From Octopus vulgaris (lineage: Eukaryota), in the NCBI GenBank assembly GCA_951406725.2, contig OX597818.1, positions 130,262,001-130,326,000 of the forward strand: 64,000 bases of DNA. Reading direction: 5' to 3'. Under the pieces are notes generated by a model, which did no database searches, was not told the origin of the DNA, and was given only the letters and a program-made list of their open reading frames with translations. Both the position numbers and the translations under genes were made by a program. This document shows, in pieces, positions 62,781-64,000 of this stretch. Positions within the stretch are counted from its first letter, which is position 1, and the number at the start of each line of letters is the position of its first letter.

Positions 62781-63268
62781 TACAAAAATTTCACAAACAC
62801 AGAGAAGAATATCGATGTTGCACGGATCACAGTCAGACCCTATGTTTGTGAAATTTTTGTATCTCTGCCGTAAGACTTCATTTCCACAGATGCTAGCTTA
62901 ATTCAATTCGTCCCCAGTCGAAAGACACCTGTTGTTATGTCCTGTTATCATTTTTATTGTATTTATATTGTATTTATATTTGTGTAACACTGTCTGTTTT
63001 TCCGTCCTTGTTTTTGTATACATTCGATGCTTTCTTCCAAGGAATCTAATGCTGATAGCTTAGTATTTCCTTGGGGCTGGTCAGATTGGAACAATCTCAA
63101 GATTAATCAGCCAAAATTGTGAGGATGAACTGGTTCTTGACTGAGGATAGAAAGCTTTGAAAGACCAGTCCTTGCTTTTTTGTATCGTCTATCTGGATGT
63201 TTTGTTGTCCCTTTTTGTATCACCTAGTTGTCCGAATGTTTTGCGTTCTTGTCCCATTTTGTATTATA
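62781..63268 (+). mobile_element. Unclassified repeat, possibly a Penelope-like pLTR with short 5' inversion
   Basis: 19-bp perfect inverted repeat at 62781-62799 / 62843-62861; CTGAGGA...GAAA motif framed by ACTGGT/ACCAGT; T-rich 3' part. Confidence 0.45.
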
Positions 63269-63602
63269 TATATATATATATAATATAAATAATATATGTA
63301 TATGTGTGTGTGTGCATATATACATACATATATGTTCACACTTACATATATATATATGTATGTATATATGCATATATGGGTACAGGACGTCACAAAACGT
63401 AAACAACATGAAATATGAAGACAAACTTGGGTATGTGAACAATGAGAAAAACAAATGTTAAAGAATACAAGTAATATAAAGAACGACCCTTCATCAGTTG
63501 TTGGGTGTCCATCTATTCCTCATTTCGAGCAATTTACGACCTAGATATAGATATATAATATAAATATGTGTGTATATATATAATAAATCTCTGAGCAATA
63601 TG

Positions 63603-63817
63603 TCATCATCATCATCGTCGTTTAACGTCCGCTTTCCATGCTAGCATGGGTTCAACGATTTGACTGAGGTCTGGCAAATCAGATGGCTGCACCAGGTTCC
63701 AGTCTTGATCCGGCAGAGTTTCTACAGCTGGATGCCCTTCCTAATGCCAACCACTCCGAGAGTGTAGTGGGTGCTTTTACGTGCCACCGCATCCACTACA
63801 CTCTCGGCGGAGTGGTT
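63603..63817 (-). mobile_element. Family D retroposon with inverted 5' end
   Basis: Reverse tail and body to 63788; 63789-63817 is an inverted copy of 63749-63774. Confidence 0.87.
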
Positions 63818-63905
63818 ATCATATATATATATATATATTTATCTATATATGATATATATTACATAGATACATACATGTGTGTGATATACATACATAGATA
63901 CATAC

Positions 63906-63974
<69 letters not shown>

Positions 63975-64000
63975 TATACATACATATATATATATATACA

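Overview
AT-rich, repeat-saturated eukaryotic DNA with no recognisable host protein-coding exon. It is probably intronic or intergenic. The tRNA-derived SINE families and the microsatellite load look like an octopus genome, but this is inferred from recognition, not from a database search. Nearly all ORFs in the track are artefacts of microsatellites or SINEs. Real coding remnants are all transposon-derived: Tc1 and mariner transposase pieces, two R4/Dong-type RLE fragments, two RTE 3' ends, one CR1-type 3' end and a Penelope GIY-YIG C-terminus. I labelled the interspersed families A-E myself. A: tRNA head, CORE-like box, internal (TA/TG)n and a CR1-derived tail. B: tRNA-like head, CCTTTCATCC..GGGGTCGATAAA domain and usually an (ATT)n tail. 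C: tRNA-like head with swappable tails. D: headless element with tandem GGTGGCACGTAAAAAGCACC modules and a (GAT)n tail. E: old (AAC)n-tailed repeat. There are also a Helitron, several MITEs and a TIR element with a 10-bp TSD carrying TTAGGG repeats. The most interesting signal is a set of hammerhead-ribozyme-like motifs. One sits in a TSD-bounded Penelope-like insertion where a tRNA-type Pol III promoter lies just upstream of the hammerhead (50591-51442). Another has an intact core and lies between 80-bp direct repeats 355 bp apart (56656-57094). Boundaries of degenerate copies are approximate.
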